Shown piece after piece: positions 1 to 8,430 of a DNA stretch of 64,000 nt. The first letter of the stretch is position 1. Each line of letters starts with the position of its first letter. The stretch lies in assembly GCA_046290435.1 (NCBI GenBank), contig JBKAGO010000053.1, positions 568-64,567 on the forward strand. The letters are read 5' to 3'. The notes under the pieces were generated by a model that saw only the letters and a program-made list of their open reading frames with translations, searched no databases and was not told the origin of the DNA. The position numbers were made by a program, and so were the translations under genes. This DNA is from Acidimicrobiales bacterium. Its GTDB lineage: Bacteria > Actinomycetota > Acidimicrobiia > Acidimicrobiales > UBA8592.

Positions 1-1
1 C

Positions 2-529
2 ATGAAGATCACCGAAGCGCAGCGCCTCGCGTTGCGTACCCACCTCGTCGACGTCATCGGCGAGCCCGACACCGACGTACTGATGGCCTCGATACCGCCA
101 ATCGACTACGAGCTGCTCGCCACGAAGGACGACGTCGCGGCCCTCGAGCGGATCACAACCGCCGAGTTCCGTTCCATGCGCAGCGAGATCCAGGCCCTCC
201 GCAGCGAAACCACCGGCCAATTCGCCGTCGTCGAGGGCGAGTTCGCAGCCGTGCGCAGCGAGATCCAGGCCCTCCGCAGCGAAACCACCGGCCAGTTCGC
301 CGTCGTCGAGGGCGAGTTCGCAGCCGTGCGAGGCGAGATGGTGGCCCTCCGCAGCGAAACCACCGGCCAATTCGCCACGATCCATGGCGAGTTCGCCGCC
401 GTTCGAGGCGAGATGGTGGCCATGGAAGGCCGGTTCCAGCTGGCGCTCGCGAAGCAACTGCGGGTCATGCTCGCGGCGCAGTTCGCCTCGGTCGTCGCCA
501 CGGTCGGGCTGGTCGTCGGGCTGGGCTGA
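2..529 (+). CDS. Coiled-coil tandem-repeat protein with C-terminal transmembrane anchor; function unknown
   Basis: ORF track 2..529. ATG at 2, but the true start could lie left of the window. About 3.4 tandem 25-aa units RSEIQALRSETTGQFAVVEGEFAAV, then a hydrophobic tail LAAQFASVVATVGLVVGLG. Confidence 0.6.
   Translation: MKITEAQRLALRTHLVDVIGEPDTDVLMASIPPIDYELLATKDDVAALERITTAEFRSMRSEIQALRSETTGQFAVVEGEFAAVRSEIQALRSETTGQFAVVEGEFAAVRGEMVALRSETTGQFATIHGEFAAVRGEMVAMEGRFQLALAKQLRVMLAAQFASVVATVGLVVGLG
179..433 (+). repeat. 75-bp in-frame tandem repeat: two near-identical units (179-253, 254-328), a diverged third (329-403) and a partial fourth
   Basis: Direct reading: cgcagcgagatccaggccctccgcagcgaaaccaccggcca(a/g)ttcgccgtcgtcgagggcgagttcgcagccgtg repeated head-to-tail. 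Confidence 0.85.
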
Positions 530-541
530 GGGCCGTCTCGG

Positions 542-1399
542 TCAGTCGGCGGCGCGCGCCAGGACCGCTCGGGCCTGGCGGGCCACTGGCTCGTCCACCA
601 TCTGACCCTCGAAGGCGATCGACGCCCGGCCCTCGGCGACCGCTGCGTCGTAGGCGGCCAGCATCGCAGCGGCCCGGGCGACCTCGGCCTCCGACGGCGA
701 GAACGCCGCGTTGGCCAGCGCGACCTGAGCCGGGTGGATGCACAACTTGCCGGCGAAGCCCATGGCGCGGGCGTCGGCGGCCTCGGCGCGAAAGCGGTCG
801 TCGTCGCGGAAGTCCGCCACCACCTGATCGACAACGGCCACGCGGGCGAGCCTGCCGGCGAGCACCAGACGCGACCGGGCGTAGAGGACCTCGACGTTCG
901 ACGTGGTGCGCACGCCGCCCACGTCGACCACGAAGTCCTCGGCCCCGAAGTAGGCCGCCACGACGCCCGGCGCAGCGAGCGTCGCCGGGGCGAACTCGAC
1001 CCCGGCCGCCGTCTCGATACCGGCGACAACGCCGACGTCGCGGCCTGCGGCGACGAGGGCGTCATGGACCTGCGCGGCCTGGTCGGCCGACTCGAGCATG
1101 GGCACCAACACCGCCGCCAGACCCTCTGGCAGCGCCGCGACGTCGGCGGCAAAGTGCTCGGTGTCTGGTGCGTTCATCCGCACCGCCAACCCCATCGACG
1201 GCGCTGCTGCAGCCAGCTCGGCAACGGCCGCTGCGGTGGCCATCCGGGCCTCGTCCTTGGCTGTGGCGGGCACGGCGTCCTCCCAGTCGATGACGGCGAG
1301 GTCGGGGGCGCTGCGCGGGAGCTTGGCGAGTATCTCGGGGCGGTTACCGGGTGCGAACAGGACGCTGCGCAGACGAGGGGGAGTCGACATGGCGCCCAT
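542..1399 (-). CDS. citE: CitE-like (citrate lyase beta / HpcH-HpaI family) acyl-CoA lyase
   Basis: 285-aa ORF with family-typical segments LFAPGNRPE, IDWEDAV, FGAEDF and KLCIHPAQV. Alternative ATG at 1390. Confidence 0.85.
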   Translation of the reverse strand: MGAMSTPPRLRSVLFAPGNRPEILAKLPRSAPDLAVIDWEDAVPATAKDEARMATAAAVAELAAAAPSMGLAVRMNAPDTEHFAADVAALPEGLAAVLVPMLESADQAAQVHDALVAAGRDVGVVAGIETAAGVEFAPATLAAPGVVAAYFGAEDFVVDVGGVRTTSNVEVLYARSRLVLAGRLARVAVVDQVVADFRDDDRFRAEAADARAMGFAGKLCIHPAQVALANAAFSPSEAEVARAAAMLAAYDAAVAEGRASIAFEGQMVDEPVARQARAVLARAAD

Positions 1400-2087
1400 C
1401 GTCGCGCGGACCGGGCGCCGTTGCGCTTTGCGGCTCGAGCACTTCGGCCAGCACGGAGCGGGCGATGTCGGCCGTGGTCATCGTGAAGTACTGCGCCCAC
1501 GCGCAGATCCCCAGGAACTTCGCACCGTCCTCGACCATGGTCCGGCCGGTATCGCCGGCCGTCGGTACCCACCACATGTCCACTGCAACCGACACGGCGA
1601 AGCCGAGGATGGCTGCGACGAAGACCAGCCAGCGCGTCCGCAGGATCTCGCGGTGCTGGGTCAGTGCCCACACCGGCGCCGGCGCGACGATCAGCAGCTG
1701 CGACAGGGGCTTGTCGATGCCGATGCCGGGCAGCAGGACCGCGTGGACCTGGAGGAGATCGTCGGCCAGGAGCAACACGGTGAGCAGCGCTCCCGACCCG
1801 AGAAACACCGCAGCCGCATGCCGCCCGAGCCGGCCCGCCAGCCATGCACCACCGCCGGCGGCAGCCGCAGCGATGGTCCAGCCGAGCAGGCCGAGCTGTG
1901 ACAACAACCCGGTCCACCAGGGCACACCGGCCACCGACGCGGGATCGAGGAACAACTCCGACACCGGCACCGAGCGCTGGAGCCCGGCAACGGTCACCAC
2001 CGCGATCGCAACGGCCCACACGATGGCCAGCGGCAACAGGTCGGCGAGCTGCCACCCCACCGACGGGCGTTGTCTGCGATCGGCCAT
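1344..2087 (-). CDS. Integral membrane protein, no family recognised
   Basis: In-frame part of ORF 1344..2180. Start placed at ATG 2087, directly after GGAGGGAGG. Several hydrophobic helices (LLPLAIVWAVAIAVVTVAG, LLGWTIAAAAAGGGAWLAG, VFVAAILGFAVSVAV). Confidence 0.55.
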   Translation of the reverse strand: MADRRQRPSVGWQLADLLPLAIVWAVAIAVVTVAGLQRSVPVSELFLDPASVAGVPWWTGLLSQLGLLGWTIAAAAAGGGAWLAGRLGRHAAAVFLGSGALLTVLLLADDLLQVHAVLLPGIGIDKPLSQLLIVAPAPVWALTQHREILRTRWLVFVAAILGFAVSVAVDMWWVPTAGDTGRTMVEDGAKFLGICAWAQYFTMTTADIARSVLAEVLEPQSATAPGPRDDGRHVDSPSSAQRPVRTR

Positions 2088-2227
2088 CCTCCCTCCATCG
2101 GCAGCAGCCCTCCCGCAGTGAGCGAACGTCACGGGGAGGGCCGTTCGGCCGGCATCGCTTGTCGATGTGACCACCGTCACCTACCCTCGCACTGCCCATG
2201 ATCGTCGAGGGCGAATGAGGGGGCTCC

Positions 2228-3280
2228 ATGCAAGCGGGACTCGAACAGTTCCTGCGTCGTGTCTACGACGACGCACACGAGGTCGTCATCGAGGGGTTCG
2301 CGCCCCTCCCGGGCGGCTATTCGCGCGAGACGTTCATCTGTGACGCGACCGTCCACACCGCCGACGGCACGCACCACCTGCCGTTGATCCTGCGCAAGGA
2401 TCCTCCGGCCGTCCAGGCCATCCTCGAGACCAGCCGCACGGTCGAGCACCACCTGATCGAGGCGATCCGCGCCAACACCACCATCCCGGTCTCGCGCAGC
2501 CTCGGATGCGAGACCGACCCTGCGGTCTTCGGCGAGGCCGCGATGGTCCTCGAACGCGCCGGGGGGAGCTCGACGACCTCGGCGCTGTTCAACGGCGGCA
2601 TCGACGAGCACCAGGTCGACGAGGTCGTCGGGCACCTCTGCGAGATCCTCGCCGAGCTGCACACCACGGCGATCGACACCATCGACCCCGACGGGGCGTT
2701 GTGCGACCCCCGGGGTGTGGGTATCGACACCACGTCGTGGGTGTCCTACATCGACTCGACGTGTGAGTACTACGTCGGGTCCTACGACAACATCGACTTC
2801 GACCCGTCATCGATGATCGTGCTCGACATGTTCCTGACGCTGCGGCGCACCAAGCCCCGCCCCCTGCACCTGGCCGTCATCCACGGCGACTTCAACCCCG
2901 CCAACTTCCTCTACGCCGACGGCAAGGTCACCGCGCTGATCGATTGGGAGAACGCCCGCATCGGCGACCCCCGCGAAGACCTCGGCTGGATGACCACGAT
3001 GGACGTGCTGTCCAACACCAGCGTCATGGACCACCCTCGCGACAAGGGCGGATTCCTGGCGTACTACAACTCGCTGACGGGTTGGGACGTGACCCAGGAC
3101 GAGGTCGACTGGTTCACCCTGTTCGGCACCGCCAACATCGCGGTGCCCGTCAACGCCGCCATCAAGCGTCGGGTCATGGGCGAACACCACGTCTTCAGTC
3201 AGCTGTACATGGTGCAAGCCAGCGCGGCGACGCTGCCCAACCTGGTGCGGCTGATGAACTATCCGGGGGTGAACCTGTGA
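2228..3280 (+). CDS. Aminoglycoside/choline-kinase-type phosphotransferase (APH family)
   Basis: Catalytic-loop motif IHGDFNPANFL and IDWENARIGDPREDLGW. ATG 2228 preceded by GAGGGGG. Confidence 0.85.
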   Translation: MQAGLEQFLRRVYDDAHEVVIEGFAPLPGGYSRETFICDATVHTADGTHHLPLILRKDPPAVQAILETSRTVEHHLIEAIRANTTIPVSRSLGCETDPAVFGEAAMVLERAGGSSTTSALFNGGIDEHQVDEVVGHLCEILAELHTTAIDTIDPDGALCDPRGVGIDTTSWVSYIDSTCEYYVGSYDNIDFDPSSMIVLDMFLTLRRTKPRPLHLAVIHGDFNPANFLYADGKVTALIDWENARIGDPREDLGWMTTMDVLSNTSVMDHPRDKGGFLAYYNSLTGWDVTQDEVDWFTLFGTANIAVPVNAAIKRRVMGEHHVFSQLYMVQASAATLPNLVRLMNYPGVNL

Positions 3281-3783
3281 ACACGTCACCGAGCATCGAC
3301 GACCTGCTGGCCGGGGTGATCATCGCGATCGAGACCGACATCGTGCCCGAGCTCCAGACCATGAAGGCCCACGCCACCGCGCAGATGATGCAGTCGCTGC
3401 TGCAGGGTGTCCGGCAGTTGCTGCCCGTCTACGACGCCTACGTCACCGACGAGCACAACGGCATGACGGCTGTGCTGCGCGAGGCAGCTGCGGCCATCGA
3501 CGGCGCCGACGGCGAGGCCGCCGACCGCATCCGCGACCGCGCCGCCACGCTCGGGCAGTGGCCCGACCGCCCCACCCCGCCCGATCGGGCCGAACTCGTC
3601 GAGGCCCACCGAGCGCTCGGCCAGGCTCTCACCGACACCATGCGCGATCTCGACGAGCTCCAGCGAGCCGAGGTCGCAGGCGCCGATGCCGCGCTCGACG
3701 TGCTCCGGGGCCACCTCGGCCCGCGCTACGTCCGCGACACGCTGACGTTCTGCCTCGACGGAGGGATGCTCGGCCGGGGCTGA
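3277..3783 (+). CDS. Hypothetical helical protein, translationally coupled to the phosphotransferase
   Basis: GTG at 3277 overlaps the upstream stop (GTGA). This is the in-frame tail of ORF 2944..3783. GC3 is high; no family recognised. Confidence 0.6.
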   Translation: MNTSPSIDDLLAGVIIAIETDIVPELQTMKAHATAQMMQSLLQGVRQLLPVYDAYVTDEHNGMTAVLREAAAAIDGADGEAADRIRDRAATLGQWPDRPTPPDRAELVEAHRALGQALTDTMRDLDELQRAEVAGADAALDVLRGHLGPRYVRDTLTFCLDGGMLGRG

Positions 3784-3835
3784 GCAGCCTGCGGCGTCGG
3801 CCCGGAGCTGCAGAACACGGCGGGCGCGTCACGGC

Positions 3836-3858
3836 CCGACCTCTGTCGCAGAGGCCGG
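3836..3858. terminator. Hairpin between convergent genes (10-bp stem with 1 mismatch, 3-nt loop), possible bidirectional terminator
   Basis: ccgacctctg-tcg-cagaggccgg read directly. No U-tract. Confidence 0.3.
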
Positions 3859-3898
3859 ACCGTGTCGCCGACGGGTCTGGTGGGGAGATCCCGAGGAA

Positions 3899-5215
3899 TC
3901 AGGGCAGGTCGAGGGGACGCAGCACCTGGTTCACGGTGTGGATGATGCCGTTCGAGGTCTCGATGTTGGCGGGCCGGCGGATGCGGGCGTCGCGGTTGTC
4001 GGGATCGGCGTCGATGACCTTGCGGCGCTCGACGGTGATGGTTGCACCTGCGAGGAGCGTGGTGCGCTCACCCTGGATCTGCCGCACGGTGCCTGCGCCC
4101 GGCGAGACGTGGTAGAGCAGCACGTCGTCGAGCAGGCCGGGGTTGTCGGCGGACACGAAGCCGGTGGCTTCGGCCAGGAACACGAAGGCCCTGGCCTCGC
4201 CCTTGCCCTTGAAGCCGAGGCTGCGTGCGAGCTTCATGAACGCCCGGTCGTTGGGGGCGAACACGGTCATGTCGCTCGATGCCGCAACGGCGTCGATCAG
4301 GCGGGTGGCCACGAGGGCCTCTCGCAAGATGTCGTAGTCCTTGCGGTTCTTGTCGAAGCCCTCACCCCCGGATGCGCCCACCACGACATCGACGATGCTG
4401 GGCAGTGGCTCGGGTTCCGGCTGCGGTTCCGGCTTGTGATCCGGCTTCTGCTCGGGCTTGTGATCCGGCTTCTGCTCGGGCTTGTGATCCGGCTTCTGCT
4501 CGGGCTTGTGATCCGGCTTCTGCTCGGGCTCGTGATCCGGCTTCTGCTCGGGCTTGTGATCCGGCTTCGCCACCGGCTCGTCAGCGGTGGGCGGCAGGTC
4601 GATCGGGCGCAGGACGCGGTCGATCGTGTGGATGATGCCGTTCTTGGCGACGAGGTCGAACGGCTGCTGGATCGTGGCATCGTCGGCGTTGGGATCGTTG
4701 TCCGTGATCCGGAGGCCGTCGACATCGATGGTGGCACCGGCGAGCAGCGTCTGCAGCGGGGGCCCCTGTACAGCGGCGCTGTCACGGGCGCCGGGGACGA
4801 CGTGATAGAGCAGGACGTCGGCCAGGATGCCCGGTTCGTCGGCACTGACGAAGCCGGTGGCCTCGGCGAGGAATGCAAAGGCTCCCGCTTCGTCGGAGCC
4901 CTCGTAGCCCAGATCATTGGCGAGCTTCAGGAACGCCCAGTCCTTCGGAGCGAACACCGTGATGTCGGTAGCTGCGCTGAGCGCGTCCACCAGGCCGGTG
5001 GCGATCAGCGCTTCACGCAAGAGGTCGTAGTCGTAGGGATTGTGATCGAAGCCCTCGGCTCCCGAGGCGGCGATGACCGTCTCGACGATTCCTGGAGCGT
5101 GGGGCGGCGGATGGGGCGGGGCATGGTCGCCGGTCGCTGCGGCGGGGAGCGCCGCACCGCCGACGAGCATCGATCCTGCGACAGCTGCAGCAAGGGTCTT
5201 GCGAAGGCCTGGCAT
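3899..5215 (-). CDS. Secreted protein with two fasciclin (FAS1) domains joined by an octapeptide-repeat linker
   Basis: ATG 5215 preceded by AGGAGA. Signal peptide MPGLRKTLAAAVAGSMLVGGAALPAAATG. Two FAS1 units (TVFAPKDWAF...NGIIHTIDRVL and TVFAPNDRAF...NGIIHTVNQVL). The upstream part of ORF 3899..5659 is rejected. Confidence 0.85.
   Translation of the reverse strand: MPGLRKTLAAAVAGSMLVGGAALPAAATGDHAPPHPPPHAPGIVETVIAASGAEGFDHNPYDYDLLREALIATGLVDALSAATDITVFAPKDWAFLKLANDLGYEGSDEAGAFAFLAEATGFVSADEPGILADVLLYHVVPGARDSAAVQGPPLQTLLAGATIDVDGLRITDNDPNADDATIQQPFDLVAKNGIIHTIDRVLRPIDLPPTADEPVAKPDHKPEQKPDHEPEQKPDHKPEQKPDHKPEQKPDHKPEQKPDHKPEPQPEPEPLPSIVDVVVGASGGEGFDKNRKDYDILREALVATRLIDAVAASSDMTVFAPNDRAFMKLARSLGFKGKGEARAFVFLAEATGFVSADNPGLLDDVLLYHVSPGAGTVRQIQGERTTLLAGATITVERRKVIDADPDNRDARIRRPANIETSNGIIHTVNQVLRPLDLP
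4433..4570 (-). repeat. 24-bp tandem repeat, about 5.7 copies, encoding (PDHKPEQK)n
   Basis: cttgtgatccggcttctgctcggg repeated head-to-tail on the + strand, with one unit variant ctcgtgatcc. Confidence 0.85.
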
Positions 5216-5423
5216 GATGGTTCTCCTGTTTCGGGTAGCCCGACTCTGTCTTCTTCGCACAGGAGCGGCAGATGGATGCGCGAGCAACGATCGCCCCCGT
5301 CGCAGCTGCCCGTTCGCTCTGCGTCGCAGGTGTGTGCCCCACTCGGCCGGTTCCGAACCCTCGTGGCACCCATAGGCTTGGAGCGAACTGCGATCCGAGG
5401 TCCTCGCCCTGTCTGTTCCGCCC

Positions 5424-6374
5424 GTGCCCGACTGGCTCGAAGCATCCGACGTGCTGATCGTCGCCGGCAAGGGCGGCGTCGGTTCCACGACGGTCGCAGC
5501 TGCTGCAGCGCTGCTCGCCGCCCGCGACGGCGGCGACGTCCTCATCGTCTCGGTCGACGGCAAGCCCCGCATCGGGAGGCTTCTCGGGGGCGCTGCGCTG
5601 ACCGAACGTGAGGCCGAACTGACCCGCGTGCCCGGCGGTGGACGCATCCGCGGTCGCACGATCCCGCCGCAACAGGCGTTCCGGGACTATCTCGACCTCC
5701 GGGGCATCGGCGGGCTGCTGCGCCGAGCCGCGCAGGCGGCATCGCTCGACGTCATCGCCGCATCGACGCCCGGCCTCGAGCACCTCCTGGTGCTCGGCAA
5801 GATCAAGGAACTCGTGCGCACCCGCGCAGCCGACCTCATCGTCGTCGATGCGCCCCCGTCGGGTCACGCAGCCCCGTTCCTCCGATCGGCATTCGCCACC
5901 CAGCAGGTCGTCGCACGCGGCCCGCTGCGCGATCAGGCCGATCAGGTCGCTGCGCTGTTGGCCGACCCCGCACGCACCCGGGCCATGGTCGTCACCATCC
6001 CCGAGGAGACACCGGTCAACGAAGCGGTCGAGCTCAGCGCCGACCTGTCCGACCACCTGGGCATGGCCCTGACCCCGCTGGTGGTCAACTGCTGCTGGCC
6101 CGAGCGGCCCGGGTTGGCGATGGCCACCACCACCGTGGCCCGCGACGACGGTGTGAAGATCACCGCCCGGCAGCGGTCGGCGCTGGTGGCGTCGAGCCGC
6201 TTCGGCGCCGCCCGCCTCGACGTACAACGCGCCCAGCTCGAACGGCTCGACGAACGGTGGGGCCCCGAGCGCATCGAGCTGCCCCGGCTGGCGAACCCAC
6301 GCCTGGACCGAGACGACATCGAGATCCTGGCCGACGCGCTCGCAGGCGGCGCACGCCACGAGAGCAGCCCATGA
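5424..6374 (+). CDS. ArsA/Get3-family ATPase-like protein with a degenerate Walker A
   Basis: GTG 5424. P-loop reads GKGGVGST (Ser where the family has Lys). VVDAPPSGH motif. Its stop overlaps the next start (ATGA per ORF-track coordinates). Confidence 0.8.
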   Translation: MPDWLEASDVLIVAGKGGVGSTTVAAAAALLAARDGGDVLIVSVDGKPRIGRLLGGAALTEREAELTRVPGGGRIRGRTIPPQQAFRDYLDLRGIGGLLRRAAQAASLDVIAASTPGLEHLLVLGKIKELVRTRAADLIVVDAPPSGHAAPFLRSAFATQQVVARGPLRDQADQVAALLADPARTRAMVVTIPEETPVNEAVELSADLSDHLGMALTPLVVNCCWPERPGLAMATTTVARDDGVKITARQRSALVASSRFGAARLDVQRAQLERLDERWGPERIELPRLANPRLDRDDIEILADALAGGARHESSP

Positions 6375-7462
6375 CCGCCCCCGACTCGATCGGCCCGCTC
6401 GTCGACGAGGCGTCGCTGGTGGTGACCTGCGGCCCCGGCGGAGTCGGCAAGACCACGACCGCTGCGGCGATCGGTGTGATCGGCGCCCGCTCGGGCCGCC
6501 GGACGGTGGTGGTCACCATCGACCCGGCTCGGCGCCTCGCCGACGCCCTAGGGCTCGCTCCCGGCGACGCCGACGACCCCCACCGCGTGCGGGGCCTGGG
6601 CCGTATGCCGGGAACGCTCGACGTGTTGATGCTCGACGCCGAACGCACCTTCGACCGCCTCATCGTCGAACGCGCACCCGATCGGGCCGAGGCCATCCTG
6701 GCCAACCGGGTGTACCGCACCATCGCGGGATCCTTCGCCGGAGCCCAGGAGTACCTGGCCATCGAGCGCCTGCACCAGTTGGCAGACACCGGCGACTACG
6801 ACCTCATCGTCGTGGACACCCCGCCGTCTCGACACGCCGTCGACATCCTCGCCGCCCCCGAACGCCTCGACGCATTCCTCGGTCATCCCGTGTACCGGAC
6901 CCTGACCATCCCGGGGCGCTCCATGGCCCGGGTGACCAACACCGCGGCGACCGCGTTCTCCTGGACGGTGCGACGCCTGGCCGGGCCCCAGATCGTCGAG
7001 GACACCATCGAGTTCTTCCGCCTGCTGTCGGGGCTCGAAGACGGGCTGCGCGCCCGGGCAAAGGCGGTTTCGGCCATGCTGCGAGAGCCGACGACGGCGT
7101 TCGTGCTGGTGTCGAGCCCGCGTGCCGAGGCGATCGACGAGGCGGTCCATCTGCGCGATGCGCTGCGGGACGAGCGGTACCCGCTCGGGGCGACGATCGC
7201 GAACATGGTGCATCCGATGCCGCCGGACTGCGACCTCGACGATGCCACGGTCCCGCCGGGTTCCGCGCTGGGCGATCAGCTCGACTACCACCGCGAGCTG
7301 ACGGCGCTGGCCACCGCCGAGCGCCTCGAGCTCGACGCGTTGTGGTCGACCACCGGATCGGCGAACGGCGAGGGTCCCACCCGCATCGAGATACCCCTGC
7401 TCGACCGCGACGTCCACGGCCTCGACACCCTCACCGAGCTCGCCGACCTGCTGGCCGGCTGA
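6371..7462 (+). CDS. ArsA/Get3-family ATPase with a canonical Walker A
   Basis: ATG at codon 39 of ORF 6257..7462 (MTAPDS...). P-loop GPGGVGKTT and VVDTPPSRH. Paired with the upstream paralogue. Confidence 0.85.
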   Translation: MTAPDSIGPLVDEASLVVTCGPGGVGKTTTAAAIGVIGARSGRRTVVVTIDPARRLADALGLAPGDADDPHRVRGLGRMPGTLDVLMLDAERTFDRLIVERAPDRAEAILANRVYRTIAGSFAGAQEYLAIERLHQLADTGDYDLIVVDTPPSRHAVDILAAPERLDAFLGHPVYRTLTIPGRSMARVTNTAATAFSWTVRRLAGPQIVEDTIEFFRLLSGLEDGLRARAKAVSAMLREPTTAFVLVSSPRAEAIDEAVHLRDALRDERYPLGATIANMVHPMPPDCDLDDATVPPGSALGDQLDYHRELTALATAERLELDALWSTTGSANGEGPTRIEIPLLDRDVHGLDTLTELADLLAG

Positions 7463-7507
7463 CCGAGGCGGCGCTGACGCCGCCGGTCGCCGTGCCAGAC
7501 TCTCGAG

Positions 7508-8329
7508 ATGGATTCGCACGATTTCCAGCGGGACGGCGCAGTGGTCGTGCGCAACGCGGTCTCGCGGCATTGGATCGACGAACTGGCCGACGGGGTGGAG
7601 CACAATCGACGCAGCCCCAGCCGGTGGGCGCACTGGTACACCGACCCCGGCGACGCCGTCGGATTCTGGAGCGACTACGTCACCTGGCCCGACGTCGCTC
7701 CCTACCGTCGCGTCGTGTTCGAGTCCGGGCTCGGCGAACTCGCCCGGGAGCTGATGGGCTCCGAACAGGTCCGGTTCTTCCACGAGCACGTGCTGGTGAA
7801 GGAGCCCGGCGCCGCCGAGCGCACACCCTGGCACCACGACCAGCCGTACTACTGCGTCGACGGCGACCAGAACGTCAGCATGTGGATCGCCCTCGATCGC
7901 GTGCCCGAGGGTTCGGGACCCCGCTTCATCGCCGGCTCGCATCGGTGGGGACGACAATTCGTGCCCCGGCGCTTCATCGACCACACGCCCTATGCCGTCG
8001 ACACCACCGACTACGAGCTGGTTCCCGACCTCGATGCCGAGCTCGACCGGCATCGGGTCCTGTCCTGGGCTGTCGAGCCGGGCGACATCATCGCCTTCCA
8101 CTTCCGCACGCTGCACGACGCCCCCGCCAACACCACGACCACCCGGCGCAGAGCGGTCAGCCTGCGCTGGCTCGGCGACGACGCCACCTTCGCGCTGCGA
8201 CCCTGGGAGCACTCCCCGCCGTTCGAACCCGACGGCCTGGTCGAAGGTGGCCCCCTCGACGACGACCGCTTTCCGCTCGTTCCGCCCGAGCCCCAATCAC
8301 GAAGCGCGGCGCAACCTCACTCAGCGTGA
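7508..8329 (+). CDS. Phytanoyl-CoA dioxygenase (PhyH) family Fe(II)/2-oxoglutarate oxygenase
   Basis: 273-aa ORF. PWHHDQPY carries the HxD iron motif. Layout is family-typical (FHEHVLVKEPG, IAGSHRWG). Confidence 0.85.
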   Translation: MDSHDFQRDGAVVVRNAVSRHWIDELADGVEHNRRSPSRWAHWYTDPGDAVGFWSDYVTWPDVAPYRRVVFESGLGELARELMGSEQVRFFHEHVLVKEPGAAERTPWHHDQPYYCVDGDQNVSMWIALDRVPEGSGPRFIAGSHRWGRQFVPRRFIDHTPYAVDTTDYELVPDLDAELDRHRVLSWAVEPGDIIAFHFRTLHDAPANTTTTRRRAVSLRWLGDDATFALRPWEHSPPFEPDGLVEGGPLDDDRFPLVPPEPQSRSAAQPHSA

Positions 8330-8430
8330 CATGAAGGCTGGGTGGTTCGCTCCTGTTGCCCGACGGGCCCTGGCCTGGCGTCACGGCCTCCTCGTACCGT
8401 GAGAACACAACCACGGTGAAGGCGGATCTC

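Noticed and set aside
6355-6605. An apparent 1-nt discrepancy between my hand reading of the printed sequence and the ORF-track translations. If real, it would fuse the two ArsA-like genes in frame.
   Set aside because: The ORF-track coordinates are self-consistent on both sides (stop at 6372-6374, in-frame ATG at 6371). My reading regains register by 6601. I attribute this to my own transcription error and follow the ORF track (two genes, ATGA overlap).
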